Shown one piece after another: positions 10,917 to 19,509 of a stretch of 64,000 nt of DNA (position 1 is its first letter; each line of letters starts with the position of its first letter). The stretch covers positions 41,282-105,281 of the forward strand of contig NZ_JAHDGE010000003.1 of assembly GCF_020627745.1 (NCBI RefSeq). Reading direction: 5' to 3'. A program made the position numbers and the translations under genes. The DNA comes from Pseudooctadecabacter sp. (lineage in GTDB: Bacteria > Pseudomonadota > Alphaproteobacteria > Rhodobacterales > Rhodobacteraceae). The notes beneath the pieces are model-generated. The model worked only from the letters and a program-made list of their open reading frames with translations. It was not told where the DNA came from and ran no database searches.

Positions 10917-12194
10917 TCCGTCGGCGCTGATCGCGGTTTTGCCGCCCAGATAGGGGTGTAAAGCCGCGGGAAGCGTGACGGAGCCATCGGGCTGCTGGCC
11001 ATTTTCCAGCACCGCGATCAGGCACCGCCCGACCGCAAGGCCGGACCCGTTGAGGGTATGGACAAACTGCGGCTTGCCGCCTTCGCCGGGTTTGAACCGC
11101 GCGTTCATGCGACGGGCCTGAAAATCGCCGGTGGTCGAAACCGACGAGATTTCGCGGTAGGTGTTCTGGCCGGGCAACCACGCTTCGATGTCAAAGGTAC
11201 GGCGCGCGCCAAACCCCATGTCGCCGGTGCACAGCACGACCGTTCTGTAAGGAATTTCAAGACGTTCAAGGATATCCTCGGCACAGCGCAACATGCGTTT
11301 TTGTTCGGCGTCGGACTCGTCCGGGTGGGTCACTGACACCATTTCGACCTTTTCAAACTGGTGCTGACGCAACATGCCGGCGGTATCGCGACCGGCGCTT
11401 CCGGCTTCAGAGCGGAAGCACAGCGAATGAGCGGTGTAGCGGCGGGGCAGGTCGGCTTCGTCCAGAACCTCACCGGCAGCGATATAGGTGAGGGGAATTT
11501 CGGAGGTTGAAATCAGCCACATGCCTTCCTCGGTCCGGTAGCTGTCTTCGGCAAACTTGGGCAGTTTGTCGGTGCCATACATGGCGTCATCGCGCACCAG
11601 AACGGGGGTGTTGATTTCGGTAAGGCCGTTGTCGGTGGTGTGCACATCCAGCATGAACTGCGACAAAGCGCGGTTCACGCGGGCCACGGCCCCGCTGAGC
11701 AGCACAAACCGCGCGCCCGAGATTTTGGCGGCGGTTTCAAAGTCCATCCCGCCTTTGACGGCGGGAATATCGTAATGTTCCAGCGCGCCGTCGATGTCGC
11801 GCGGGGTGCCCCAGCGGTTGATTTCGACGTTGTCATCCTCATCCGCGCCATCAGGCACGTCGTCTGCGGGCAGGTTGGGAATTTCGGCCAGACGGGCGGT
11901 CAGCGCGGCGTCCTGCGCTTTGGCTTCCTCGTTCAACGCGGCAATTTGCTGTTTCTTTTCAGCGACCAGCGCGCGCAACCGTTCAAATTCCGCCTCATCG
12001 CCACGGCCTTTGGCAGCGCCCACTTCCTTTGCGGCTTTGTTGGCTTCGGCCTGTGCGGTTTCGGCCGCCTGGATCTTGGCGCGGCGGGCTTCGTCCAGTG
12101 CCAGCAACTCCTCGGACAGGGGCGCGTCCCCACGGCGGGAGAGGGCGGCGTCAAAGGCTGCGGGGTTCTCTCGGATGGCGCGGATGTCGTGCAT
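10905..12194 (-). CDS. serS: Serine--tRNA ligase
   Basis: N-terminal coiled coil, [36 protein letters not shown]. Confidence 0.98.
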   Translation of the reverse strand: MHDIRAIRENPAAFDAALSRRGDAPLSEELLALDEARRAKIQAAETAQAEANKAAKEVGAAKGRGDEAEFERLRALVAEKKQQIAALNEEAKAQDAALTARLAEIPNLPADDVPDGADEDDNVEINRWGTPRDIDGALEHYDIPAVKGGMDFETAAKISGARFVLLSGAVARVNRALSQFMLDVHTTDNGLTEINTPVLVRDDAMYGTDKLPKFAEDSYRTEEGMWLISTSEIPLTYIAAGEVLDEADLPRRYTAHSLCFRSEAGSAGRDTAGMLRQHQFEKVEMVSVTHPDESDAEQKRMLRCAEDILERLEIPYRTVVLCTGDMGFGARRTFDIEAWLPGQNTYREISSVSTTGDFQARRMNARFKPGEGGKPQFVHTLNGSGLAVGRCLIAVLENGQQPDGSVTLPAALHPYLGGKTAISADGSLV

Positions 12195-12351
12195 TGGAAT
12201 GTCCTCGGAAAGTGATTACGTGGGGCAGGATATGGCGCAAAATGCACGCCATGAAAAGCACATGCTGCGCGTTGCGAATCCCGTGCGGCAAACGTAGTGT
12301 GCCGCAACTTTGGCGCGGGGGGTCCGGGCCGACAGATAAGGAAGAACGACC

Positions 12352-12633
12352 ATGGAAGCCTTCGGCCAATTTATCCCGCTTATCCTGATCTTTGCGATCA
12401 TGTATTTCCTGTTGATCCGTCCGCAGCAAAAGAAACTGCAACAGCATCAGGCGATGGTGGCGGCCCTGCGGCGCGGCGATCAGGTGGTGACGCAAGGCGG
12501 GTTGATCGGCAAGGTCAGCAAGGTCGTTGATGATGGCGAAGTGATTGTGGAACTGGGTGAAGGCATGAAAGTGCGCGTCGTCCGGTCGACCATTGCGCAG
12601 GTTCTGAACAAGACGGAGCCCGCAGAGGCGTAA
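12352..12633 (+). CDS. yajC: Preprotein translocase subunit YajC
   Basis: YFLLIRPQQK, GDQVVTQGGLIG; upstream of secD. Confidence 0.97.
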   Translation: MEAFGQFIPLILIFAIMYFLLIRPQQKKLQQHQAMVAALRRGDQVVTQGGLIGKVSKVVDDGEVIVELGEGMKVRVVRSTIAQVLNKTEPAEA

Positions 12634-12738
12634 ATCCTGCGGCACAGGCCCCATCGGGATGCGCCGCCTTCGATTTTTACCGAACCAAACCTTGCCCGCC
12701 TTCCCGCGTGGCCCTAGCCCGACAGACAGGACATCGAG

Positions 12739-15372
12739 ATGCTTAAGATTGATCTTTGGAAACGCATGGCGATCTGGCTTGTTGTGGCGTTCGGCATTGC
12801 TGTGGCTGTGCCCAACGGGTTCTACAACACGGTCGAGGTGTCCAACGATGCAGAGGCCGCCTTGGCCGCTGGCGAAACGGGATCCGATCTTGAGGCGCAG
12901 GCGGCGGCCTGGCCGTCGTTCCTGCCCGACAATCTGGTCAATCTGGGGCTGGATTTGCGCGGCGGTGCGCAGCTTCTGGCCGAGGTGCAGGTCGAGGATG
13001 TTTATGAGACGCGGATGCGTGCGCTTTGGCCCGAGGTCCGCGATGTGCTGGCCGCACAGCGGGACACGGTCGGCTTTGTGACCGACGAAAGCAACACGGA
13101 AGGCGAATTGCGCGTGCGCATTTCCGAACCCGCAGGCATGGACCGCGCCTTGTCGCTGGTGCGCGGGTTGGCCCAGCAGGTTGTCAGCGTCACCGGTGTG
13201 GGGCAGACGGATATCGTCGTGCGGGCGGTGTCCGACACCGATCTGGTCATCACCCTGTCCGAGGCCGAGATGCAGGCAACGGATGACCGCACTGTGCGTC
13301 AGGCTCTTGAGATTGTGCGCCGCCGGATCGACGAAGTCGGCACGCGTGAGCCGTCCATCCAGCGGCAGGGTGCGACCCGTATCCTCATTCAGGTGCCCGG
13401 GGTCGGATCGGCGCAAGAGGTCAAGGACATCATCGGCACCACGGCGCAGCTGGGGTTTCACCCCGTCGTAGGCCGGACCAGTGACGCAGACGAACGGGCG
13501 GGGGCGGGCAACGTAGTGCTGCCGTCTCTGGATGAGGCAGGTGTGTATTACATTGTCGAACGGTCCCCCGTTGTGACGGGTGAGGATTTGGTGGACAGCC
13601 AGCCCACGTTTGACCAGAACAACCGCCCCGCCGTGACCTTCCGGTTCAATCCGTCGGGCGCACGCAAGTTTGGCGATTATACGCTTGAGAACATCGGGTC
13701 GCCTTTCGCGATTGTGCTGGATGATGAGGTCGTGTCGGCCCCGACCATTCAGGCGCATATCTCGGGCGGGTCGGGGATTATCACGGGCCAGTTCACGGTT
13801 GAGGAATCGACCAATCTGGCCGTGTTGCTGCGCGCCGGTGCCTTGCCGGCAGAACTGGATTTCTTGCAGGAACAGACCGTGGGCCCCGATCTGGGGCAGG
13901 ACAGCATCAATGCGGGTGCGATCGCCTGTCTGGTCGCCTTTGCGCTGGTGCTGATCTACATGGTCCTCAGCTACGGGCTGTTTGGCATCTTTGCCAATGT
14001 GGCCTTGCTGGTGAACGTGGCGTTGATCTTCGGGCTGTTGTCCCTCATCGGTGGCACGCTGACCTTGCCGGGCATTGCGGGGATCGTGTTGACAATCGGT
14101 ATGGCGGTGGACGCCAATGTGCTGATTTTTGAACGTATCCGCGAGGAGGCCCGCACCGCCAAAGGCCCCGCCCGCGCGATCGAGTTGGGCTATGAAAAGG
14201 CGCTGTCGGCCATCATCGACGCCAACATCACCACCTTCCTGACGGCGGTCATCCTGTTTGCCATGGGCGCAGGGCCGGTGCGCGGGTTCGCGATCACGCT
14301 GGGTCTGGGCATCCTTACATCCGTATTTACGGCCATTTTCGTAACCCGCCTGTTGGTGATCATATGGTTTGAACGCAAACGCCCAAAGGCGTTGTTCACT
14401 GGCAAATACCTGCGGTTGGTCAAGGCCAACACGGCGTTTGATTTTTTCAACCGTGCCAAGCTGTGGCTTGGGGCGTCGGCAGTAATGGTTGTCATTGCCG
14501 CCGGGTCCTTCGCCTATCAGGGCCTCAATTTCGGCATTGATTTCAAGGGGGGTACGACCCTGCGAACCGAAAGCGCCCAGAGCGTTGATGTAGGCGAGTA
14601 CCGCGCCGTGGTTGAGGCACTTGAGGTGGGCGAAGTCACTGTCACGGAAGTCTTCGACCCAACCTTTGGACCTGACGAAAACGTGGCCACCGTGGCGCTT
14701 CAGGCGCAGGACGGCGAGGAGGCGGTGACGAATGACACCATCGGGGCCGTGCAGGATGCCCTGCGCACCATTGATCCGGAGATGACCTTTCCAGCCGTGG
14801 AATCCGTGGGACCCACCGTATCAGGAGAGCTGATTCAGGCGGCGATCCTCGCGGTGGTTTTGGCCATCGGCGCAGTGCTGATCTACATCTGGCTGCGGTT
14901 CGAATGGCAGTTTGCCTTGGGGGCCGTGGCGGCGCTTGTGCATGACGTGGTGCTGACGATCGGGATATTCTCGGAGCTGCAAATCCGGTTTGATCTGGCG
15001 ATCATCGCGGCGCTGCTGACCATCGTGGGCTATTCGTTGAATGACACCGTGGTGGTCTTTGACCGCGTACGCGAAAACCTGCGCAAGTATAAGGCCAAGG
15101 ACCTGAAGGAGGTTTTGAACCTGTCGATCAACGAAACCCTCAGCCGGACGTTCATGACGTCGTTCACGACCTTGCTGGCGCTGATATCGCTCTATGTGCT
15201 GGGCGGGGACGTGATCCGCGGGTTCGTCTTTGCGATGATCTGGGGCGTGATTGTGGGCACCTATTCGTCGATCTTTGTGGCCTCGACCACCTTGCTGGTG
15301 CTTGGCGTGAAACGGGACTGGTCGAACGACAACAAGAATGTGGGCGGACAATATGCCAACATTGATGCTTGA
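12739..15372 (+). CDS. secDF: Fused protein translocase subunit SecDF
   Basis: SecD motifs (LGLDLRGG, GMAVDANVLIFERIREE, DANITT) and SecF motifs (GIDFKGG, GYSLNDTVVVFDRVRE, TLSRT) in a single 877-aa ORF. Confidence 0.95.
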   Translation: MLKIDLWKRMAIWLVVAFGIAVAVPNGFYNTVEVSNDAEAALAAGETGSDLEAQAAAWPSFLPDNLVNLGLDLRGGAQLLAEVQVEDVYETRMRALWPEVRDVLAAQRDTVGFVTDESNTEGELRVRISEPAGMDRALSLVRGLAQQVVSVTGVGQTDIVVRAVSDTDLVITLSEAEMQATDDRTVRQALEIVRRRIDEVGTREPSIQRQGATRILIQVPGVGSAQEVKDIIGTTAQLGFHPVVGRTSDADERAGAGNVVLPSLDEAGVYYIVERSPVVTGEDLVDSQPTFDQNNRPAVTFRFNPSGARKFGDYTLENIGSPFAIVLDDEVVSAPTIQAHISGGSGIITGQFTVEESTNLAVLLRAGALPAELDFLQEQTVGPDLGQDSINAGAIACLVAFALVLIYMVLSYGLFGIFANVALLVNVALIFGLLSLIGGTLTLPGIAGIVLTIGMAVDANVLIFERIREEARTAKGPARAIELGYEKALSAIIDANITTFLTAVILFAMGAGPVRGFAITLGLGILTSVFTAIFVTRLLVIIWFERKRPKALFTGKYLRLVKANTAFDFFNRAKLWLGASAVMVVIAAGSFAYQGLNFGIDFKGGTTLRTESAQSVDVGEYRAVVEALEVGEVTVTEVFDPTFGPDENVATVALQAQDGEEAVTNDTIGAVQDALRTIDPEMTFPAVESVGPTVSGELIQAAILAVVLAIGAVLIYIWLRFEWQFALGAVAALVHDVVLTIGIFSELQIRFDLAIIAALLTIVGYSLNDTVVVFDRVRENLRKYKAKDLKEVLNLSINETLSRTFMTSFTTLLALISLYVLGGDVIRGFVFAMIWGVIVGTYSSIFVASTTLLVLGVKRDWSNDNKNVGGQYANIDA

Positions 15373-15384
15373 TTGCTGGCCGAC

Positions 15385-15417
15385 CCTCCGGGGGGAGTTT
15401 TTTGGGCCAGATGAAGG
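15385..15417 (-). repeat. Dispersed intergenic repeat, copy 2 (variant with CCGGAGG tail)
   Basis: Reverse complement CCTTCATCTGGCCCAAAAAACTCCCCCCGGAGG. Confidence 0.55.
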
Positions 15418-15426
15418 GGGGCCGTC

Positions 15427-15780
15427 ATGCGCCTGAATGAGGTTGTTTATACGGACGCCAAGCCCGTCGATGGCTACGGCCCCGGATTTTTCCGCATCGG
15501 TGGTGAGGTGTATGAGGGCGCATTGGTCGTGCTGCCCACAGGCATCGCGCCCTGGGGCGGCTACGACGACGCGCAGACCTTGATTGATGCGGTGGCCGAT
15601 CTGGATGTCGTGTTTGTGGGCACCGGCGCCGACATCGCCCATATCCCCGCCGATCTGCGTACCGCCCTCGAGGATGCGGGGCTGGGGGTTGAGGTGATGT
15701 CGTCGCCCACCGCCTGCCGCACCTATAATGTTTTGCTGAGCGAGGGCCGCCGCGTCGGGCTGGCCCTGCTGCCGGTCTGA
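15427..15780 (+). CDS. Mth938-like (DUF498) domain protein
   Basis: GTG...EVMSSPTACRTYNVLLSEGRRV signature. Confidence 0.92.
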   Translation: MRLNEVVYTDAKPVDGYGPGFFRIGGEVYEGALVVLPTGIAPWGGYDDAQTLIDAVADLDVVFVGTGADIAHIPADLRTALEDAGLGVEVMSSPTACRTYNVLLSEGRRVGLALLPV

Positions 15781-15783
15781 CGG

Positions 15784-16398
15784 GTGCTGCGGGTCCGTGA
15801 CCTCGCGGTTGCGCGCGGTGGCGTGCCGGTGTTGGAAGGCGTGTCTTTTGACGTGAACGCGGGGCAGGCGCTGGTACTGCGCGGCCCCAATGGCGTTGGC
15901 AAAACCACCCTGTTGCGCACGCTCGCGGGGTTACAGCCCGCCCTGTCCGGTAAAGTAGATTTCGCGGAAGATACGGGCGCATACGCCAGCCATGCGGACG
16001 GGATCAAGGCACAGCTGACCGTCACGGAAAACCTTGCCTTCTGGGCGCAGGTTCATGGGGCGGATTTGCCCGATAGGGTGTTCGATGCCTTTGATCTGGT
16101 GGACCTGCGGGACCGTTTGGCGGGCACATTGTCCGCAGGACAAAAACGCCGCCTCGGGTTGGCGCGCCTTGGTGTCATCGGACGCCGCGTTTTGTTTCTG
16201 GATGAACCGACGGTCAGTCTGGACGGTTTTTCCGTCAAAATGTTCGCGACATGGCTGCGGGACAGTCATTTGGCGCAAGGCGGCGTGGCCGTGATCGCCA
16301 CCCATATCGACCTCGGCATCGACGCGCCCGAGATGGATCTGACCCCGTTCAAAGCCACGCCCGAGGCCTCCGGCGGGTCGGATGAGGCATTCCTGTGA
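15784..16398 (+). CDS. ccmA: Heme ABC exporter ATP-binding protein CcmA
   Basis: Walker [17 protein letters not shown] signature, LDEP; ccm operon. Confidence 0.95.
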   Translation: MLRVRDLAVARGGVPVLEGVSFDVNAGQALVLRGPNGVGKTTLLRTLAGLQPALSGKVDFAEDTGAYASHADGIKAQLTVTENLAFWAQVHGADLPDRVFDAFDLVDLRDRLAGTLSAGQKRRLGLARLGVIGRRVLFLDEPTVSLDGFSVKMFATWLRDSHLAQGGVAVIATHIDLGIDAPEMDLTPFKATPEASGGSDEAFL

Positions 16399-16403
16399 GG
16401 CTT

Positions 16404-16455
16404 ACGCGCGGTGACGCGCGATATCTGGCAAAGCCGACGCGCGGTGACGTGCGAT
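16404..16455 (+). repeat. 19-bp direct repeat pair in the ccmA-ccmB spacer
   Basis: ACGCGCGGTGACGCGCGAT (16404-16422) and ACGCGCGGTGACGTGCGAT (16437-16455), one mismatch. Confidence 0.7.
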
Positions 16456-17110
16456 GATCGCCTTGTTGCGCCGCGATCTGGCGCTTGCCGTGCGGGCAGG
16501 CGGCGGCTTTGGCCTTGGCCTTGCGTTCTTTTTGATCGTTGTCGTGCTGGTCCCCTTCGGCGTGGGACCCGAGGCGGAGGTGCTGTCGCGCATCGCACCC
16601 GGCATCCTATGGGTCGCGGCCTTACTTGCAGCGCTTTTGTCGCTGGACCGGATATTCGCGCTGGATTTTGAGGACGGGTCGCTGCCGCTTTTGGCGACAT
16701 CGCCTTTGCCGTTGGAGGGGGTCGCCCTGGTCAAAGGCGTGGCCCATTGGATCACGACGGGCCTGCCCTTGACACTGGCGGCACCGGCGCTGGGGTTTTT
16801 GCTGAACATGGCGCCGGGGGCCTATGTGTGGATGTTGGCATCCCTCGCCCTTGGCACACCCGCCTTGTCGATGATCGGCGCCTTCGGGGCGGCCATCACC
16901 GTGGGGTTGAAACGGGGCGGGCTGTTGATGTCGCTGCTCGTTTTGCCGCTTTACGTGCCCACACTGATTTTCGGGGCAGAGGCCGTGCGCCGCGGGGCCG
17001 ATGGGCTGTCGGCCACAACGCCGCTGATGATGCTGGCGGGGATCACGCTGGGCTGCTTTGCCTTGCTGCCTTTCGCCGCCTCCGCCGCATTGCGGGTGAA
17101 TTTAAGGTGA
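16454..17110 (+). CDS. ccmB: Heme exporter protein CcmB
   Basis: DFEDGSL, LLVLPLYVPTLIFG; multi-pass membrane protein. Confidence 0.96.
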   Translation: MIALLRRDLALAVRAGGGFGLGLAFFLIVVVLVPFGVGPEAEVLSRIAPGILWVAALLAALLSLDRIFALDFEDGSLPLLATSPLPLEGVALVKGVAHWITTGLPLTLAAPALGFLLNMAPGAYVWMLASLALGTPALSMIGAFGAAITVGLKRGGLLMSLLVLPLYVPTLIFGAEAVRRGADGLSATTPLMMLAGITLGCFALLPFAASAALRVNLR

Positions 17111-17151
17111 GCGGCCTTGTCGCCCCCTTCGGGAAGGGCTAGCTAACGCGC

Positions 17152-17877
17152 ATGTCGATCTGGGAATATGCCAATCCGAAAAAGTTCATCGCAACCACCA
17201 CCCCTTGGGTGCCTGTGTTGCTGTGGGGATCCATCGCCATTCTGGTGGTGGGGCTGGTCTGGGGGTTTTTCTTTACGCCCGATGATTTCCGGCAGGGATC
17301 GACCGTCAAGATTTTCTACGTCCATGTGCCGTCTGCCCTGATGGCGATCAATGCGTGGTTCATGATGCTGGTGGCGTCGCTGATCTGGTTGATCCGACGC
17401 CATCACGTCAGCGCCTTGGCCGCCCGCGCGGCAGCCCCTATTGGCGTGGTCATGACCCTGATTGCGCTGTTTACAGGGGCCGTCTGGGGCCAGCCCATGT
17501 GGGGCACGTGGTGGGCGTGGGACCCGCGTCTCACGTCCTTTCTGATCCTGTTTTTGTTCTATCTGGGCTACATCGCCCTGTGGGAAGCGATTGAGGACCC
17601 CGACACCGCCGCCGACCTGACATCGGTGCTGTGCATCGTGGGCTCTGTCTTTGCGGTGCTGTCCCGCTATGCGGTGAATTTCTGGAACCAGGGCCTGCAC
17701 CAGCCTGCGTCGCTGTCGCTGGATAAGGAGGAAAACGTCGCTGACGTCTTCTGGTATCCCGCGCTGGTGTGTATCGCGGGCTTCGTTCTGCTGTTCATCG
17801 CACTGGTGCTGATGCGCACCGCCACCGAAATCCGCGCGCGCCGCATTCGTGCGCTTGAGGCGAGGATGCGGTCATGA
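17152..17877 (+). CDS. ccmC: Heme exporter protein CcmC
   Basis: WWD motif WGQPMWGTWWAWDPRLT, YVHVP and LHQ histidines. Confidence 0.97.
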   Translation: MSIWEYANPKKFIATTTPWVPVLLWGSIAILVVGLVWGFFFTPDDFRQGSTVKIFYVHVPSALMAINAWFMMLVASLIWLIRRHHVSALAARAAAPIGVVMTLIALFTGAVWGQPMWGTWWAWDPRLTSFLILFLFYLGYIALWEAIEDPDTAADLTSVLCIVGSVFAVLSRYAVNFWNQGLHQPASLSLDKEENVADVFWYPALVCIAGFVLLFIALVLMRTATEIRARRIRALEARMRS

Positions 17878-18032
17878 TGCCCGATCTAGGAAAATACGCG
17901 ACCGAGGTGTTGTTGGCCTATGGCGTGTCGATTGGCCTGTTGGTGGTCATCGTGGCGCTGTCAATGCGCCGTGCCCGCAAGGTCCGCGCCCAGCTTGACC
18001 AAGTCGAGGCGCGCAAAGGGCCTAGGAAATGA
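17874..18032 (+). CDS. ccmD: Heme exporter protein CcmD
   Basis: Not in the ORF track. Manual translation MMPDLGKYATEVLLAYGVSIGLLVVIVALSMRRARKVRAQLDQVEARKGPRK, with ATGA overlaps on both sides. Confidence 0.9.
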   Translation: MMPDLGKYATEVLLAYGVSIGLLVVIVALSMRRARKVRAQLDQVEARKGPRK

Positions 18033-18571
18033 AATGGCTCCTGATGATCCCCGTGGTGCTGTTTGCAGCCCTTGCGGGGCTTTTTGCGGCGGGCATGTTT
18101 TTGGGGCAGGGGGATGAACTCCCCTCCGCGCTGATTGGCGAACCCGCGCCCGTTGTCGCGGTGGAGGAGATCGCGGGCCTGACGCCGCTGACGGATGAGA
18201 TGCTGCGCGACGGCCAGGTCAAGATCGTGAACTTCTGGGCCAGCTGGTGCGCGCCGTGCCGCGTAGAACACCCCAACCTGATGGCCTTGGCCGCTGAAGG
18301 CATCCCCGTCTATGGCGTGAACTACAAGGATTTCGACCCCAACGCTGTGGCTTTTCTTGAGGAACTCGACAATCCCTACACCGCCGTCGGGGCCGATAAA
18401 CAGGGCTTCTATGCCATTGACTGGGGCGTCTACGGCGTGCCGGAAACATTTGTGGTGGGCGGCGATGGCACGATCCTGTTCCGCATGGCCAACCCTGTCA
18501 CCCAGCGCGGGCTGGAAGAACGGCTGCGCCCCGCGCTTGAGGCGGCGATGGCCTCTCAGCCCAGCGAATAA
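18029..18571 (+). CDS. ccmG: Thiol:disulfide interchange protein CcmG/DsbE
   Basis: NFWASWCAPCRVEHP, GVYGVPETF. Confidence 0.95.
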   Translation: MKWLLMIPVVLFAALAGLFAAGMFLGQGDELPSALIGEPAPVVAVEEIAGLTPLTDEMLRDGQVKIVNFWASWCAPCRVEHPNLMALAAEGIPVYGVNYKDFDPNAVAFLEELDNPYTAVGADKQGFYAIDWGVYGVPETFVVGGDGTILFRMANPVTQRGLEERLRPALEAAMASQPSE

Positions 18572-19347
18572 CGCAGCGACATACAGCTAAGGCCGCCATC
18601 CACAAGGGCCGCCTGCGATGTGTTCAAAACCTTCACCGAATAGCCCGCATCTGTCAGCCTGTCCGCCGTGCGCGGATGGCCAGCAGACACGAAAACATGG
18701 TCATTGACGCGGATCGCATTGGCCGCAGCCTCCTCACCCGGAACGGTTTCAATGATCTTGAGGCCCCTGAACGCGCCGGAGGCCGCTAAGGCTGGGGTGG
18801 CCAAAACCGTTTCGGCGTCCAATAGGGAACTCTCGGTCTTGAAATGCAAAATCTCTGGCGGGGTCTGGAGAACCTCCAAAGCGTATCCCTGCGCCTCAAC
18901 AAGGGGGCGCAAATCTTCGGCCCCCGTGGCGCTGGTGCGCGCGGAGAGGCCCAACAGGACGCGGTCATCGGTGCACAGGATGTCGCCGCCATCGACAAAC
19001 CCTTCGGTGTGCAAATCCACGACGTCCGCCATGTGGTGCACCAGTGCAGGACGCAGCGCATCGGCCTCGCCCAGCCGCGTCGGCGCGCCGGGCCGCAAGA
19101 CGATGGCCACACCGTTCAACACCAAGGCGGGGTCTTCGATGAAAACGCTGTCGGGAAAGGCCTCATCTGCAGGCAGCACAGCAACGGTGCACCCTGCATC
19201 GCGTAGGGCGCTGACGTAGGCGTCATGCTCTGCCGCAAACACCGCAGGGTCAGGATCGCCCTGATCGGCAGCGCGCAGCCCGTCGGTGACAGAGGTTGCA
19301 GGGGCGCGGCACAGCGCGTGGGTGAACTGATAGGATCTATGTGTCAT
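18556..19347 (-). CDS. Dimethylarginine dimethylaminohydrolase / amidinotransferase family protein
   Basis: FPDSVFIEDPA, RLGE, VDGGD, LHFKT and the C-terminal DGGLSCMS catalytic Cys. Confidence 0.9.
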   Translation of the reverse strand: MTHRSYQFTHALCRAPATSVTDGLRAADQGDPDPAVFAAEHDAYVSALRDAGCTVAVLPADEAFPDSVFIEDPALVLNGVAIVLRPGAPTRLGEADALRPALVHHMADVVDLHTEGFVDGGDILCTDDRVLLGLSARTSATGAEDLRPLVEAQGYALEVLQTPPEILHFKTESSLLDAETVLATPALAASGAFRGLKIIETVPGEEAAANAIRVNDHVFVSAGHPRTADRLTDAGYSVKVLNTSQAALVDGGLSCMSLRYSLG

Positions 19348-19383
19348 CGTGCTACCCTAACCGTCACAGGTGCCACGTCTATG

Positions 19384-19412
19384 TCTCTCTGGTTCAAAAA
19401 TACCTGAAATCC
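19384..19412 (+). repeat. Dispersed intergenic repeat, copy 3
   Basis: TCTCTCTGGTTCAAAAATACCTGAAATCC. Confidence 0.7.
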
Positions 19413-19422
19413 ACCATCACAC

Positions 19423-19454
19423 AAAAATGCGGCGCCCGAATATCAGACGCCGCA
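19423..19454 (-). terminator. Probable intrinsic terminator of acnA
   Basis: TGCGGCG...CGCCGCA stem with an A5 tract on its left (U-tract on the minus strand). Confidence 0.6.
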
Positions 19455-19470
19455 CCGACCATAACGGCCC

Positions 19471-19492
19471 GCTAAAATTCGCGAATTTTAGC
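19471..19492. repeat. Perfect 22-bp palindrome
   Basis: GCTAAAATTCGCGAATTTTAGC is its own reverse complement. Confidence 0.8.
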
Positions 19493-19509
19493 CGCCCGAC
19501 CCCGCAGGG

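Noticed and set aside
15784-18571. ccm cluster lacking ccmE/F/H
   Set aside because: A split ccm arrangement is normal in Rhodobacteraceae.
18556-19347. Pathway link between DDAH (dimethylamine release) and the DUF3445 demethylase-like gene
   Set aside because: The genes are 15 kb apart with unrelated genes between them and I found no convincing shared regulatory motif.
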